NCBI RefSeq assembly: GCF_006345805.1
Contig: NC_043005.1
Span: forward strand, 42,408,001-42,472,000
Length of the DNA: 64,000 nucleotides
Direction of reading: 5' to 3'
Source of the DNA: Octopus sinensis
Taxonomy: Eukaryota
Below the pieces are notes generated by a model. It was not told where the DNA came from and searched no databases. It worked only from the letters and a program-made list of their open reading frames with translations. Numbering within the stretch: the stretch's first letter is position 1; each line of letters opens with the position of its first letter. Below are positions 42,860-56,975 of the stretch, one piece after another. The translations under genes and the position numbers were made by a program.

Positions 42860-44330
42860 AAAAGTATCTTTTCGACTATGTTTCGTCTTGCATTGAGGAC
42901 ATCTATGTAACCTTTCACTTCTCCGAAGGCACTATTCATAGTAACTCCCAAATTCACGGCTCCACATGGCTCTCTCACTCATCACACGTCTATACTGACA
43001 TTGCAAAAGCCGAGTCTTTTGCAACTCTCACTTCAAATTGTCTCTTCCCTTGATCGCATCTCAGATCTGCACTTATATGAAACACCCTAGACCATTCACC
43101 TTCAAATCGAATCTACACTACACTCTGTCTCTATCGAGTCATCCTATCACTGTCTTATTACCTGCAACTAAACCCCACATATCCACATACCACACGTCAT
43201 TCATTACGCCATGTACCATGTGGTAAGTCAAGTTAGCCAACTGCTTAGATTACCATCAGTTTTATGGAGACTATTTTTGCAAGCCATGTGCTTCACTCAT
43301 CACTCACCGAAATCAGTTAGGCGAGGAGCTGAGGGTATGCTTCTAGTCATTCCCTTCACATTAGGCACCTAGCAAAATTGTAACACCTAAGTCCACTGAA
43401 TAGTTTATTTATAACTGTGCCGAAGCTATTCAAGCAAAAAGCAAAACTCAATGTCTCGCGATATTATTACGCCTCTAAAAACTGGGTAGCATTTACTCAG
43501 GAATGCAGCAACTGCAGGTCAGTTACCTGAACTACGTGTGATTACTTCATGCTATCTCGACTTCTAAACTGCAGATGGTTCTTTTGGTCCCTTGCCCAAA
43601 GTATTTCTACCTGCTACACAGAATCTTCTTTCTCTCCCAAACAATGATTCTGTGAGTAGTACCTCAGCAGAGAAAGCCTCTAGTTTCGATTTTGTTTTGC
43701 AGCTAGCTTGGCATTCTATACACTTGGCAAAATCTCTACCAATTCTAACCTATTATCACTCTCAAGACTATCACCTTCCAAACGCATACATGTGCGAAAG
43801 AAACTACGGTTATTTCCCACCAACAACAAGGCCGTTGGCAATGACCATGTCCCTCCCATTATCTTCAAACACTGCATCAAGAACTAGCCTCTCTATGTAC
43901 TATACTCTTTAATGTCGTTCTCTCTACACAGACCAAATCTGATCTTTGGAAATTCGCCAAACAGAATATACTATTGCGGTGTTTTGTTGACCAAGTTTTT
44001 TCTTCCTTCATTCTACCGACGTCGGCATCTCCTAGTGTTCACTTTTGACATTCACTCTATCTTATATATATTTATTAGCAACTAACTATCCGTCAAATCC
44101 AACGGTACACCCTCCTACACTGATGATACTATTATCCATACCATTTGAATATTTCCCAGCCATGTATTATCTATCACACGCTAAACCTACAGTGACTTCA
44201 TTAACTAAGAACACGAAAACATCCTCCAAAACAAATATACCAATCAATCTCTTAACAGCAACAAAGTACACACACTACACACACCGGTTCCAAAGATACG
44301 CAAAGACCATGTGTACTACACCTTCTTCCT
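42860..44330 (+). mobile_element. Degenerate APE-type LINE (L2/CR1/Jockey-group) remnant
   Basis: WLSHSSHVYTDIAKAESFA and NTLD resemble the end of an APE domain. CT-rich coding-like composition continues with many stops. Clade not resolved. Confidence 0.5.
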
Positions 44331-44611
44331 GAGACAGCAAGTTAAAAAACATCGAATATCGTTTTATCGATGATTTGTAAAAGGTGGAGGCAAAATAGCG
44401 CTTATATACTTTTCATTTCTTTATAAATCCAAGCTATTTGCCTGATTTAAATTAATGAATTACATTTTTGCCTCTGTATTTACATCATTGATAAGATTTT
44501 TATGCTTTCTTCAGGATCAGAGTCTAGGTACTATTTTGCATTTCATAAAGGATTTTATTTTTGTCGGATGATAGGATTATTTTTTTTTTTTATCTGTGAT
44601 TGTACTTAATA

Positions 44612-44810
44612 TTGATTTCAAATTTGGCACAAGACCGCAATTTCAAGGGATGGGACTAGCCAATTACATCGACCTCAATACTCAACTGGTACTTATCAAC
44701 CCCGAAAGGATGAAAGGCAAAGTCGATCTCAGTGGCATTTGAACTCAGAACCGAAGAAATGCCGCTAAGCAGTTTTCCTGGTACGCTAATGATTAAGCCA
44801 GCTCGTCGCT
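44612..44810 (-). mobile_element. SINE family 1 monomer
   Basis: Head, core and tail recognisable. Confidence 0.85.
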
Positions 44811-44935
44811 CTGTGACTGTACTTAATATTATATTTCAGTTTGCTTTGGAAGATATTGATATAAGAACGGAAATTGGTGTTGCTTTTAATACGTAAGTGA
44901 TCGAATTCTTATGTTTCTTGATCTTTAATTTGCAG

Positions 44936-44997
44936 GAGGAAGTTACGTGTTTTATGACTTAACAGTAGGAAGGTTCGCGGATCTCAGAATCGTAGAA
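44936..44997 (+). CDS. Candidate internal coding exon, unassigned (G)GSYVFYDLTVGRFADLRIVE
   Basis: TTCTTGATCTTTAATTTGCAG acceptor, GTAAGC donor, 62 nt, only one frame open (phase 1 to 0). No homology recognised. Confidence 0.35.
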
Positions 44998-46057
44998 GTA
45001 AGCTTCCTGCGTATGCGTTTAAGTAAACCAATTTCTCAGTAACTTTTTCCACATAATAAATGGTAAGGCAGAAATATTTTTTGTAGTGTAGCTGATGTAT
45101 ATTTTCGTAACTGACACTGCAGTCTTCCCTCATGAAGAATTCTCTACAACATACTATGTTATATATGCATGTGTAAGTGTGTATGTGCCTGTTCGTACGT
45201 GTGCGTAATATATGTATATGCGGATTGATTCACATGATATGAAAGCTGTCTCATTAATGAGGCATTTCTACGTAATGCATTATACTGTCACACATTTGTA
45301 CGACAAGAATACAATTCTCTGTAAGTCTATACATTGATAAGGAACAGCAAGATTATCGGATTAATTTTAATTGCAGCTTTTATAACAACGAACTTTACTG
45401 AGACTATGCACTCAATACAGCAATTACACTTATTGAACTTACATACGTTCATATGTTTTCGTGGATGTAATGCAAAAGATGTGCTGAGATTGTGTTTTGT
45501 CAATTTTTCTTTTTTTTTTCTGTACTGAAGGAAACTATTACGTCAGATCTCCACTGGAGCATAATTTTGAGGCATTTAGTTGCGGAGAAAATGGATATTT
45601 AGCACAAAATACATAGGTAGCGTGTAAATGCTGCTCATCTGGGAGCGAATAAAAGGGATGAAAGCTAGCTTACTTGTACCATGACTATCATACGACTTGC
45701 AGTCCATGAAATAGATGGACGCTTTGTTTGATTTACTAATGATCCTATTATAGCTTTTGCAGGGGGCTTAAGATTTTATAATATTGTATGAAGGGAAGCT
45801 CGACCGGTAACGCCACCATCACCAATTTACCGATTTTTTTCTTTTTTTGTTGTTGTTTTTGCAATAAAATAGTTTTAAACTATTAATGGTAAGATACTAT
45901 GGATATATCTTGTCGGTAAACTTCCTTCGCGGTGAACTTTCTTCACGGTGAATTGATGGCGGTGAACTTACCTGTAATCGTAAGATCTTTCTCATGCTTA
46001 CAATACGTGTTAACAAGCGAGAGTACGTGTTCCCTAAACCTGAGAGAAATTCTCCTT

Positions 46058-46272
46058 AAGATGGCGGGCTGGCAGAATCCTTCGCTCGCCGAGAAGAATG
46101 CTTGATGGCATTTCGTCCATCTTTACATTCTGAGTTCAAATTCCGCCGAGGTCGACTTTGCTTTTCATCCTTTCGAGGTCGATATAATATGCACCAGCTG
46201 AAGACTAGGATTGATGTAACCAACATCCCCACCTCCTAAAAATTGCTGGCCTTGTGACAAAATTTGGAATAT
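46058..46272 (+). mobile_element. SINE family 1 monomer
   Basis: Head, B box, core and tail. Confidence 0.88.
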
Positions 46273-46547
46273 TTACTCTCCTTGAAATCATGCTCTAAAT
46301 TCTTAGATACCTCCGAAAAGACGGAATGCCTTTGATCAAAAAGACGATTGATCAAGAGTCACCTAGAGATGGACACTAAAAATAGCTAGATAAAAAAAAA
46401 ATAAATTCGAAAACTTTAGGGGAAGACTAAAGACTAAAGAGTTAGAGAATTTATCATGTCCAAAGTCTTTCTACGAGTAAAAGAACAGAATAAATTAAAA
46501 TGTTCATTCAACAACTTACTTCTATCGCTCCATACTTATATATCAGT

Positions 46548-46929
46548 GGAGGCGCAATGGCCCAGTGGTTAGGGCAGCGGACTCGCGGTCGTAGGATCGC
46601 GGTTTCGATTCCCAGACCGGGCGTTGTGAGTGTTTATTGAGCGAAAACACCTAAAGCTCCACGACGCTCCGGCAGGGGATGGTGGTGATCCCTGCTGTAC
46701 TCTTTCACCACAACTTTCTCTCACTCTTTCTTCCTGTTTCTGTTGTACCTGTATTTCAAAGGGCCGGCATTGTCACTCTCTGTGTCACGCTGAATATCCC
46801 CGAGAACTACGTTAAGGGTACACGTGTCTGTGGAGTGCTCAGCCACTTACACGTTAATTTCACGAGCAGGCTGTTCCGTTGGTCGGATCAACCGGAACCC
46901 TCATCGTCGTAACCGACGGAGTGCTTCCA
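46548..46929 (+). mobile_element. SINE family 2, full length and young
   Basis: A and B boxes intact; near-identical to 28566-28948. Confidence 0.93.
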
Positions 46930-46963
46930 AAAAGATGGGAGAAAAAAAAAACTTATATATCCT

Positions 46964-47160
46964 CTAAGGCGAGGAACTGACAGAAACATTAACTCGCCGG
47001 GCAAAATCTTAAGCGGTATTTCGTCCGTCTTTATGTTCTCTATTCACATTCTACCGAGGTCGATTTTGCCTTCCACCTCTTCGGGGTCGATAGAGTAAGT
47101 ACCAGTAAAGAACTAGGCTCGAGGTAATAAACTTACACCAACACCAAAAATTATTGGCCT
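46964..47160 (+). mobile_element. Degenerate SINE family 1
   Basis: Head and core recognisable. Confidence 0.7.
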
Positions 47161-47262
47161 TATGCGAGATGCTAAAACTATTTGTCTCTTTTTGTCTCTA
47201 TTGTCCTTACCTCCACCATCTATTTCTTTTCTCATTTCTCCTACTTTCTCAGATCAATTTAT

Positions 47263-47309
<47 letters not shown>

Positions 47310-47571
47310 GCGATCTGTCTGTCTGTTTGCGTACCTAGCTATCTACAAGTATATGTATGTATTTGTGTGTGTAGATATATATTCTGTAAATAATATTTTA
47401 TACAAACTCAGAGCTTATAAGCGATCACCGCTCCTCAAATCATCGCAGAAAACGCTCATGTTTGTTTAAAAATCAACTCCGTGTTCGCTTATAAGCTTTA
47501 TTATTATTTACAGAATTGTCACTCGTCACCACTTCTTAAATCACCGCGAGCGCCTACACATGCACTCATAA

Positions 47572-47602
<31 letters not shown>

Positions 47603-47657
47603 TGTATGTATGTATGTATGTATGTAGTATGTTGATGTATGTATGTATTTATGTATC

Positions 47658-47725
<68 letters not shown>

Positions 47726-47886
47726 CTATATATATCTAATTTTTTTTCGTAAGGGATCAAAAGCCAAGGCTGTGTAGATTTTAGAACATTATAGATAGAA
47801 CCTGGAACTTAACTATGGTCTATCTATAGCACTTATTCAGCATTACCTGACACCTTAGGACTCAATGACACCATTACCTCTCATAA

Positions 47887-47927
<41 letters not shown>

Positions 47928-48010
47928 CATACATATATGTATATGTACATATATATATATATATGTATGTATGTAGTATGTATGTATGTATGTATGTATG
48001 TATGTATGTA

Positions 48011-48055
<45 letters not shown>

Positions 48056-48779
48056 GATATAGAGAGAGAGAGAGAGAGAGAGAGAAAGAAACAGAAAGAG
48101 AGTGAGTGAGAGAGATCCCCCTTACACATAAACACAGTTTTATTTATATTTCATTGTAAATACATTTGTGATATTTAGATAAAAGCCACAAGAACGCACC
48201 TGATCTGCAACAAATTTTCCTCAAGCTATAATAAAACGTAATAATAATAATAGATGGGGAAATATGGAGATGAAATAGCAGACTAGTATCAGTATTTTAC
48301 AAAAGTCTACCTAGAAGAAACTTACAAAGTCAGGTATGATATTAAACTTTGTACACATGAAATAACTCGGCTAATATAATGTTATACCAAGTTATATTGT
48401 TTGTATTAAGAACTTAAATCTTATACTACGACAAGACACCTAAATTCTTTAAACCACTTTCTTTTTCCGCTTGCATTTTCATAATACATTGTTTCTCGTT
48501 ATGCTGGATAGATAGGTAGATAGATAGATAGATAGATTGACAATAGATATGTTTCTTTATTAGCCACACAGGGCTGCACACAGGATAGAACAAATTACAA
48601 GGTAGAGTTTCTTTTGAAGGTATTAAAAAAAAAAAAGAAAAAAAAAAAAAAAGGAAGGGGGAGGTTCGATCAAAAGGGATCGTAAAAGGAGAGAAAGAGG
48701 CAAAATAAGGGGGTTAGATAAATAGATAGAGAGTGAGATAAATGGACATAAATAATTACATACACACATGCATACACAG

Positions 48780-49070
<291 letters not shown>

Positions 49071-49485
49071 TCCGGTCACTCGCCTCATTTATGACCTTCT
49101 GTAGCTTGGAATCATCTGCAATATTTTATGTTGCTGTGCTTGATGATGTCATTAATGTCATTAATGTAATGATGAAAAGAAGTGGGCCCAGCACAGTGCC
49201 TTGCGGAACGCCACTACTGACTTTGGCTGGGCTTGATTTTACCCCTTCAACTACAACATGTTGAGATCTGTCTGTCAGGAAACACTTGATCCATTTCAGA
49301 ACTTTCCAGAGACACCAATGTTGGATAGTTTTTTCAATAGGATCTTGTGATCGACCCTGTCGAAGGCCTTACTGAAATCAAGGTAGATGACATCGGTGTT
49401 GGAGCCCTCTCCCAAAGCTCTCAAAATGTCATCAAAGTGATGCAGGAGCTGCGTTAGGCAGTCCCTTCCATTACGGAACCCAATG
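49071..49485 (-). mobile_element. CR1-clade LINE internal RT fragment
   Basis: GFRNGRDCLTQLL, VIYLDFSKAFDRVDH, SGVPQGTVLGPLLF, IADDSKL. Confidence 0.92.
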
Positions 49486-49504
49486 TATATATAATGTATA
49501 TATA

Positions 49505-49552
<48 letters not shown>

Positions 49553-49567
49553 TATATATATACATAT

Positions 49568-49650
<83 letters not shown>

Positions 49651-49840
49651 GTGAAAAATGTGACCGCGTGTGTATGTTGGCGATTTTTTTCTCTCTGTCT
49701 TCCCTTCTGGGATCTTTCCTTCTATGTTCTGACGAAGAGCTCCACTGAAACGTTAAAACCTCCTTCTTCCCTTCTTCCTGAGCGTCCAATAATATTTTTA
49801 TTGTTCCACGTCCTCGCGTTGTTGTGTTTCAAGTTTGGAT

Positions 49841-49845
<5 letters not shown>
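49651..49845 (+). repeat. Cassette of about 195 bp in (TA)n, carrying a degenerate hammerhead (49725-49758)
   Basis: UGUU-CUGACGA-A-GAGCUCCACU-GAAA-CG-UU/AAAA. Core intact, stems I and II damaged. Confidence 0.55.
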
Positions 49846-49896
<51 letters not shown>

Positions 49897-49985
49897 CATA
49901 CATATAATTACATGTATGTGTGCGCGCGCGTATGTGTTTGTGTGTTTGCATGCAGGACGAGATAGAGACATGGTATCAAGAAGTC

Positions 49986-50216
49986 CCTATTCGAAATAGT
50001 CACATTGCGCAGCAATACACCGGTCCCAGCATTCCGCTGACTTTTGGAATCCGGTTTGAAAGTCGTTTTCCATAAGCGAATCGAGGATCTTCTGAGATTC
50101 GTTCTGGATCTCGATAATCGTGTTGAAATGACAATCTCTGAGCTACATTTTCATCTTGGGAAATAGATGGAAGACAGCAGGTGTATTGCTGCGCAGGGTT
50201 ACTATTTCGAATTAGG
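49986..50216. mobile_element. MITE-like element with inverted repeats of about 36 bp
   Basis: CCTATTCGAAATAGTCACATTGCGCAGCAATACACC (49986-50021) pairs with 50180-50216. TSD not clear. Confidence 0.6.
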
Positions 50217-50227
50217 AATTTTTTGAA

Positions 50228-50649
50228 TGGGGAATAGGACAGGTGTGGAAGCGATACCATGTTGCTTTTGGTGAGAAACTCACAAGTGAGGAGAGCTCGG
50301 AGACCGGGTGCATTGTCGTTGTGACGAATCCAGTTCCTCACGCTCCACAGATCCGGTCGCTTTCGCTAAATATCCTTCCTCAGGCGTTTCAAAACGTCGC
50401 AGTAGAATTCTTGATTGACGATCTAGACCTAGGCGACGAATTCTCGATGCTCAACACCGCAGATGTCGGGAAAATAAAACGACGAACATGATTTTGATTG
50501 AGCTGCGACTTTGTCGTGCCTTTTTGAAGCGCCCGTGCCACTCGAAAGATTGCGTATGACCAATTACCTCGTTGTCGTATGCTTGCCGAAGCATGCCCAA
50601 GTTTAACGCAAAATTACACTCTAGCTCTTTGTTCCAACTTCCTGTCCAT
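50228..50649 (-). mobile_element. Internally deleted mariner transposase remnant
   Basis: MDRKLEQR...FCVKLG, EWHGRFKK, then VNQEFYCDVLKRLREDI, HNDNAP, PHLSYSP. Confidence 0.85.
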
Positions 50650-51427
50650 GACAAAATCGCAGACTACTGCATACAACGATGCAATAGATAAACAAATGCA
50701 TAAACAGAATCGGATGTACAAAGTGACATTCTCTAATTCTATACAAAATGAATAGTCACGTTGTTTGATAAGAAGCTGCATATATTATATATCTTAAGTC
50801 TAAATGTCGTTACATAAATATTTTTAAAATTATCCACCCAATATTTATATACATACATACATACATACATACATACATACATACATACATACATACATAC
50901 ATTCATACATACATACATACATACATACATACATACATACATACATACATACATACATACATACATACGTAATTATGTATGTATATATATAAATATTGGG
51001 TGGGGGGATAATTTTAAAAATATTTATGTAACGACATTATATATTCGATAGAATCTGGGCACATCAACATGTACGATGCCAGAAATGGTTAGGTACGGTA
51101 ACATAGGGTTTGCAATGAGGTAACACAACCATAAAGGTATCACGGAATCTGGACAGATTTCTTCAAGAAATACTGGATAAGCCACCCATACCTGGATACA
51201 ACTCAATCAACAAGAACTCACTACTTGAATGGGCTATAAATAAAACTTGACTGAAACAGGGTTTAGATAATCCTATCAGGTGGTGCTATTAAGTTAGACA
51301 TGGCCTGGACCAATCTTTGGTCGAAACATATCTAAGTTTATCTAAGTTTTCATATATATACACACACATATATATTGTGTGTGTGTGTTTGTGCGTGTGT
51401 GTGTGTGTCTGTGTATGTATGTATGTA

Positions 51428-52793
51428 TCTCTATATATAAAACTGAGAATGTGTGTCTGTCTGTCCGTGTGTTTCCCTAAAACACATCCCTTACTTAGGG
51501 TCCATGTACTTTCATGGGCAAAAAAATGTTCAACTTCTTGCCTAGAGCGAGCCCATAGCAATATCATATCTTCTCCACTATTTCAGTATTACGTGTTAAA
51601 AGTGAAACAAAAATATTTCTCTATTTTATGTCAGATGCTTTCACTTTCACAATAAAAATAATAATAACAATTGAATTACATGTAGTATGTAATAATTAAT
51701 ATCAAACTAAAGTATAATATAATCGTAACATAACAAAAGTAAAAATAGCAATTGGTATAAAATTGCATCAATGACTTGAACTTGAATGAGTGGTTTCACA
51801 TGAATGGGAATAAATTGAAAATAAAATTAGCGTGCAGAAATGGAATAGTCCAGATGGACTATTTATACATAAAGAACTATAGCTTCAACTGCGTACTGCT
51901 GTTATTATTATTATTACTGTTTAAACTTACACGTTTGTTGGTTCCTCGCAGGGAACGTTGGTGTGTTGCATTTGTTAAATAATTGTAAACTGTAACTCCC
52001 CATTTGGGAGAAGGTGCTTTGTTATTGTTTAAAAATTGAAATTGTATCCTGTTTGGGGAAATTGACAATATCCCGTTACACGGAAGCATTTTTCTAGAAT
52101 GCCTTCGATAGAAGAAGTCCAAAAGGAATTTCGCTGCAGCGCGGCTGGGCGCGAACTCATTAAAATTAAAATGGAAGAAATACAAACCTATTTTGGATTG
52201 ATTACCGACAAAGACGTGAATCTAGGATAACACCAACAACACGAAATAAAAAATTAAATTAAAGAAAAGACTATTGTCTATAAAGTATACAATGTAGAGA
52301 AACAAAAGATTTGAACACCTGGAGGAAAGCACCATCGAAAAGTGTCTTGGTGAGACTATGAAAGATAATCGCGGTAAATTCGCCACAATAGAAGCAAGGT
52401 TCGAGTCAACAGAGCGTGCAAGGGAGTACTCGACTGGAACCTTGCAAAGTGGAAATATTTTATTTTCACCTTTATATCTGGGACGTAGGACGTCCCGGAT
52501 AAAAATTTAAAATGTTCCCTCAGAAGTAGAGGTAGGCTGGATTGTAGCCACACTTCTAAACAAGAGGGAGGAAAAGATACAATTGATCGAAATTGCAAGA
52601 GACGGGCCTACGATTCCAGTCTGTTATATATTTTGAGTATTGTTATCACTAGCGATATCAAGATATACCTTTGTATTTTGTATTTTATGTGTAGATGTAT
52701 ATATATAGATGTACATGTAATATGTACACATATATATACACATATATACTTGCACTAGTACTATGACCCGGCAACGACGGATCATAATTCTAG
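51428..52793 (+). mobile_element. Probable non-autonomous Helitron (about 1.37 kb) with foreign internal sequence
   Basis: A|TCTCTATATATAAAA start like the other two Helitrons; hairpin TATGACCCG...CGGATCATA and CTAG|T at 52790-52794. That both ends belong to one element is inferred. Confidence 0.55.
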
Positions 52794-52892
52794 TATATAT
52801 ATATATATATATGTATATATATGTATATGTATATATGTATGTATGTATATAGTATGTATGTATGTATGTATGTATGTATGTATGTATGTATG

Positions 52893-52923
<31 letters not shown>

Positions 52924-53539
52924 GTGTGTGTATGTGTGTGTGTGTGTGTGTTGGCTAGTTGTAGGATTCGGTAGAATCTGGGCACATCAACAAGTACGAT
53001 GCCAGAAATGGTTAGGTACAGTAACATAGCGTTTGCAATGAGGTAACACAACCATAAAGGTATCACATGTTGGCATGATAGTGTAGACATAAAGGTACCA
53101 AAATCTTATTTAGTCTGTAGATCCGACTAGGAGCTGGTTCTAGGTGCAGTATAAGTATGAAAAAGAACATATTACATGAAGGCTACAAAACGGCTGTAAT
53201 CACATAGAAGTTATACGGAAAATAAATCTTCACCTCTCTTACTTTCTGATTTTATGCCTTACAACACACACACACACATACATACACACACACACACATA
53301 CAAACGCACATCAAACACATACACAAACGCAGACATTCATGCAATATAAGTACTATTCTCTATCTTCCTTTCTCTCTTTCTCTCTCTCTCTTTCTTTCTC
53401 AGTCTTTCTGTGTGTGTGTGTGTGTTTATGTGTGTGTGTTTGTGTGTGTGTGTTTGTGTCTCTCTCTCTTCCCCGATATAGTTATCTCTCTATATATACA
53501 TATATAGATATCTAGATACGTATATATGTATATGTAGGT

Positions 53540-53547
53540 AGATAGAT

Positions 53548-53607
<60 letters not shown>

Positions 53608-53990
53608 GCAGTCAGGCAGGTAGGCTGGCAGGCAGGCAGACATATAGGTAGGTTGGTAGGTAGGTTGGTAGGTAGGTAGGTAGGTAGGCAGGCAGACAGG
53701 TAGGTAGGTAGATAAATAGAAGCGTAGGAAAATAAGTAGGTAGATAGGTAAGTAGGTAGGTAGGTATAGTAGGTAGGTAAGTAATTAGGTGGTAAGTAGA
53801 TAGAAAGATAGATAGATAGATAGATAGATAGGTAGGTAGGTAGGTAGGTAGGTAGGTAGGTAGGTAGGTAGGTAGGTATGTAGGTAGGTATGTAGGTAGG
53901 TAGGTAGGTAATTAGGTAGGTAGGTAGATAGAAAGATAGGTAGGTAGGTAGGTAGGATGTAGATAGGTATGTATGTAGGTAGGTATGTGT
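53540..53990. repeat. (GATA)n/(GGTA)n/(GGCA)n compound microsatellite
   Basis: Directly visible. Confidence 0.95.
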
Positions 53991-54541
53991 ACTAATACAA
54001 ATTACAGCAGATCCTCATATATGTCATATTTCAAGTTGATAAACGTTTGATTAGCTAAGATTATCGTCGACATTTCTCTCTCAGGTCGTGTTTATATCTA
54101 AACAGCACACAAGAGGTTAAACTCCAATAGATTTAGCTAATCACTTCAATTCAGATAAAATAAATATTATTTAAAACTGACTAAATTAGTAACGGACATG
54201 TTCGGGTTTTATTTGATCTCTTTAGCGAAATAATTAACGTCGCTTTGAATTCCTAACTGCAACGTACTTATTTGCCGAAAACAATCTGGATTAGCTGGTA
54301 TCAGTGGAGTTATCTTGGTTGCAACAAATCTCCCTCTACGGGAGATTTGTCTTCGAGTTGCGAAGATAATCTCAGGTAATGAAAGCTTTTCAGCTCACTG
54401 TTACACATTTAAGTCTTTATCGTATGTACGTTTATATAAGTGCAGAAATACATACACACGTACATACATGCGTCTATATATATATATATATATATAGATA
54501 TATATATATATATGCATATATGATATAGCATATATCCATAG

Positions 54542-54573
<32 letters not shown>

Positions 54574-54714
54574 ATATATGTCATATATATATATATACAT
54601 ATAATAAGGTATAAATATATATACGTATAAATGTGTACAGTATATGTTGTATACATATACATTATGTACATATGCATATGCATTTATAAGTACATGTGTA
54701 TATATATATATATG

Positions 54715-54745
<31 letters not shown>

Positions 54746-54818
54746 AACTGTGCGACTTTATGTTGTCAGACAGCTTTATTGATAGATAGATATGTAGATA
54801 GATATGTAGATAGATATG

Positions 54819-54906
<88 letters not shown>

Positions 54907-55869
54907 TAAGACAGATTGAAAGAGATAAAGAGTAAAGAAATCGGTGAAGTGAAGGAGAGCGAGAGAAAGAAGAAAAAAAAGCAAAGATAAAACAAAGATT
55001 GGTTTCACGCTTCCTTCGTTTCTATTGATGAAAAATATCGACAATAGAGCAAATTATAACAATGATGACGACGATAACGTTGATTTTCAATATTGTCTTC
55101 TCTCTGCTGGTGTCTACATTTCAATTGACTTTATATTCTTCCCCCTTTTTCTCTCACCCCCGCTAACACCAGTTTAAACATCTATTTTCGGCAGAAACAA
55201 CCTCTTTCGTAACTATTTGTTCGAACGATAATAACATTTATTTCTTCCTCGATATAACATGAAGTCGTGAGAAAACACAATCAAAACAGCAATTTGACTT
55301 GATGAATTTTTGCCGCCAAATTTTCAACGAGTAAAAAAAAAAAAAATTTTATATATTGTAGTGGAGATGAATGGAAAGAAAACGCAGTTGTTTATATGAT
55401 ATGAGTGTTATTTGTGAAGAGGCTTTCACAAACCGAGTTATGTGTGCTCAGGTGCAGGCGTGTATGTGTGTATGATACGAATGGTTATAAAAGGTAATAA
55501 AAGGATACAGGAGTGTTGTTGTTGGTGGATGCATTTTGTACATATTCTTTCAATACACACATACACATACATACAATAGCATACACACACATATCCAGAA
55601 ACGTTCACGCACTTACACAATTTAGAAACACACAAGCAGTCATATGCATAAATAGTCATACGCAAATATACATGAACACGCACATACTCACGTAAACATA
55701 CATTCACCAAAATACAGAGATACAAGTACACAGAATCATGCCTCGTTACTTAGTAAATTCTACCAATTATAAATATCAGATCCATAATGTTTAGAATGAT
55801 ATAATTGAAAATATCAACATATACTTTATGTTCAGAAATATATCCATACATATATATGTGTATATATAT

Positions 55870-56975
55870 AAGGCGGTGGAACCGTAGAGACAACTACAGC
55901 CCTCCAATTCACAGTGCTCCGTGTTCAAATACCATTAAGGTGTATTTTTCCTTTAGCGGTCGATACGACAATTCAGAGTACAGTATGCTGGAAGCTTCGA
56001 AGACGTTGTCATAGGACAGCTATTCCGGCACTTTCCATTGTGAGAGTAATGCTTACATGAGCCTTGTGCCATGTGCTATAAGCCACAAGTACTTTCTTTT
56101 TGATAACATCAGTGGAGTTGAGAGCGAAAGAAGATTCCATGTATACATTCCCGTTCTCCCACAGAAAGAAAAATATTTTCCCAGGTCTTTAAGATGCAGG
56201 ATTAATTATGAGCACCGGAAGCCCTTCATACCTGGGGACATGTAATGATTTATAATCATTACTTTATGGTGCAAAGGGCCTTCGAAAGGTCTATGCCTGG
56301 GATATTATTACGAGTTCATATTCGAAAAGCGATAATTCGAGGATGGGATAGAGTGGATCATGTGACCGTAGAGTACCGAAAACAAAAATTCCGCACGGTC
56401 GAACACATCGCAAGATTCACAGACAATATGTGGACCCGTATAAGGCGGCGAGCTGGCAGAAACGTTAGCACACCGGGCGAAATGCTTAGCAGTATTTCGT
56501 CTGTCGTTACGTTCAGAGTTCAAATTCCGTTGAGGTCAACTTTGCCTTTCATCCTTTCGGGGTCGATAAATTAAGTACCAGTTACGCACTGTGCTCGATA
56601 TAATCGACTTAATCCGTTGGTCTGTCATTGTTTGTCCCCTCTGTGTTTAGCCCCTTGTTGATCGTAAAGAAATAGGTATTTCGTCTGTCTTTACGTTCTG
56701 TGTTCAAATTCCGCCGAGGTTGATTTTTGCCTTTCATCCTTTCGGGCTCGATAAATTAAGTACTAGTTGCGTACTGGGGTCGATTAAATCGACTGCACCC
56801 CTCCCCCAAAATTCCGGACCTTGTGCCGAGAGTAGAAACGAATATGTGGACCCGTACATTTGGAAGTCATCCATGCCATTTGGAAGACAATTTAGTAAGC
56901 AATTTAGGTTAAGATGGAAAATAATGGCGCAATCAAGACAGAATTGGAAGCGCATTGTGACCAGTAGTGTATAAC
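55870..56975 (+). mobile_element. RTE-clade LINE 3' remnant, split by a SINE
   Basis: VQRAFERSMPGILLRVHIRK...KQKFRTVEHIARFTDNMWTR, continuing after the SINE to ...RQNWKRIVTSSV*. Confidence 0.85.
56441..56840 (+). mobile_element. SINE family 1 dimer with 16-bp TSD
   Basis: TSD AATATGTGGACCCGTA at 56425-56440 and 56841-56856. One head, two cores. Confidence 0.95.

Noticed and set aside
45531-45616. Possible exon after a strong T-rich acceptor
   Set aside because: All three frames hit a stop before the putative donor.
46548-46620. tRNA-like sequence as a tRNA gene (also at 28566, 18817 and 15207)
   Set aside because: Each continues directly into a multicopy SINE body, so these are SINE heads, not standalone tRNAs.
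51285-51340. Hammerhead-like GACC-AATCTTT-GGTC-GAAA-CATATC with an upstream inverted TTAGACATG
   Set aside because: No CUGANGA core and no stem I; at best a deleted relic.
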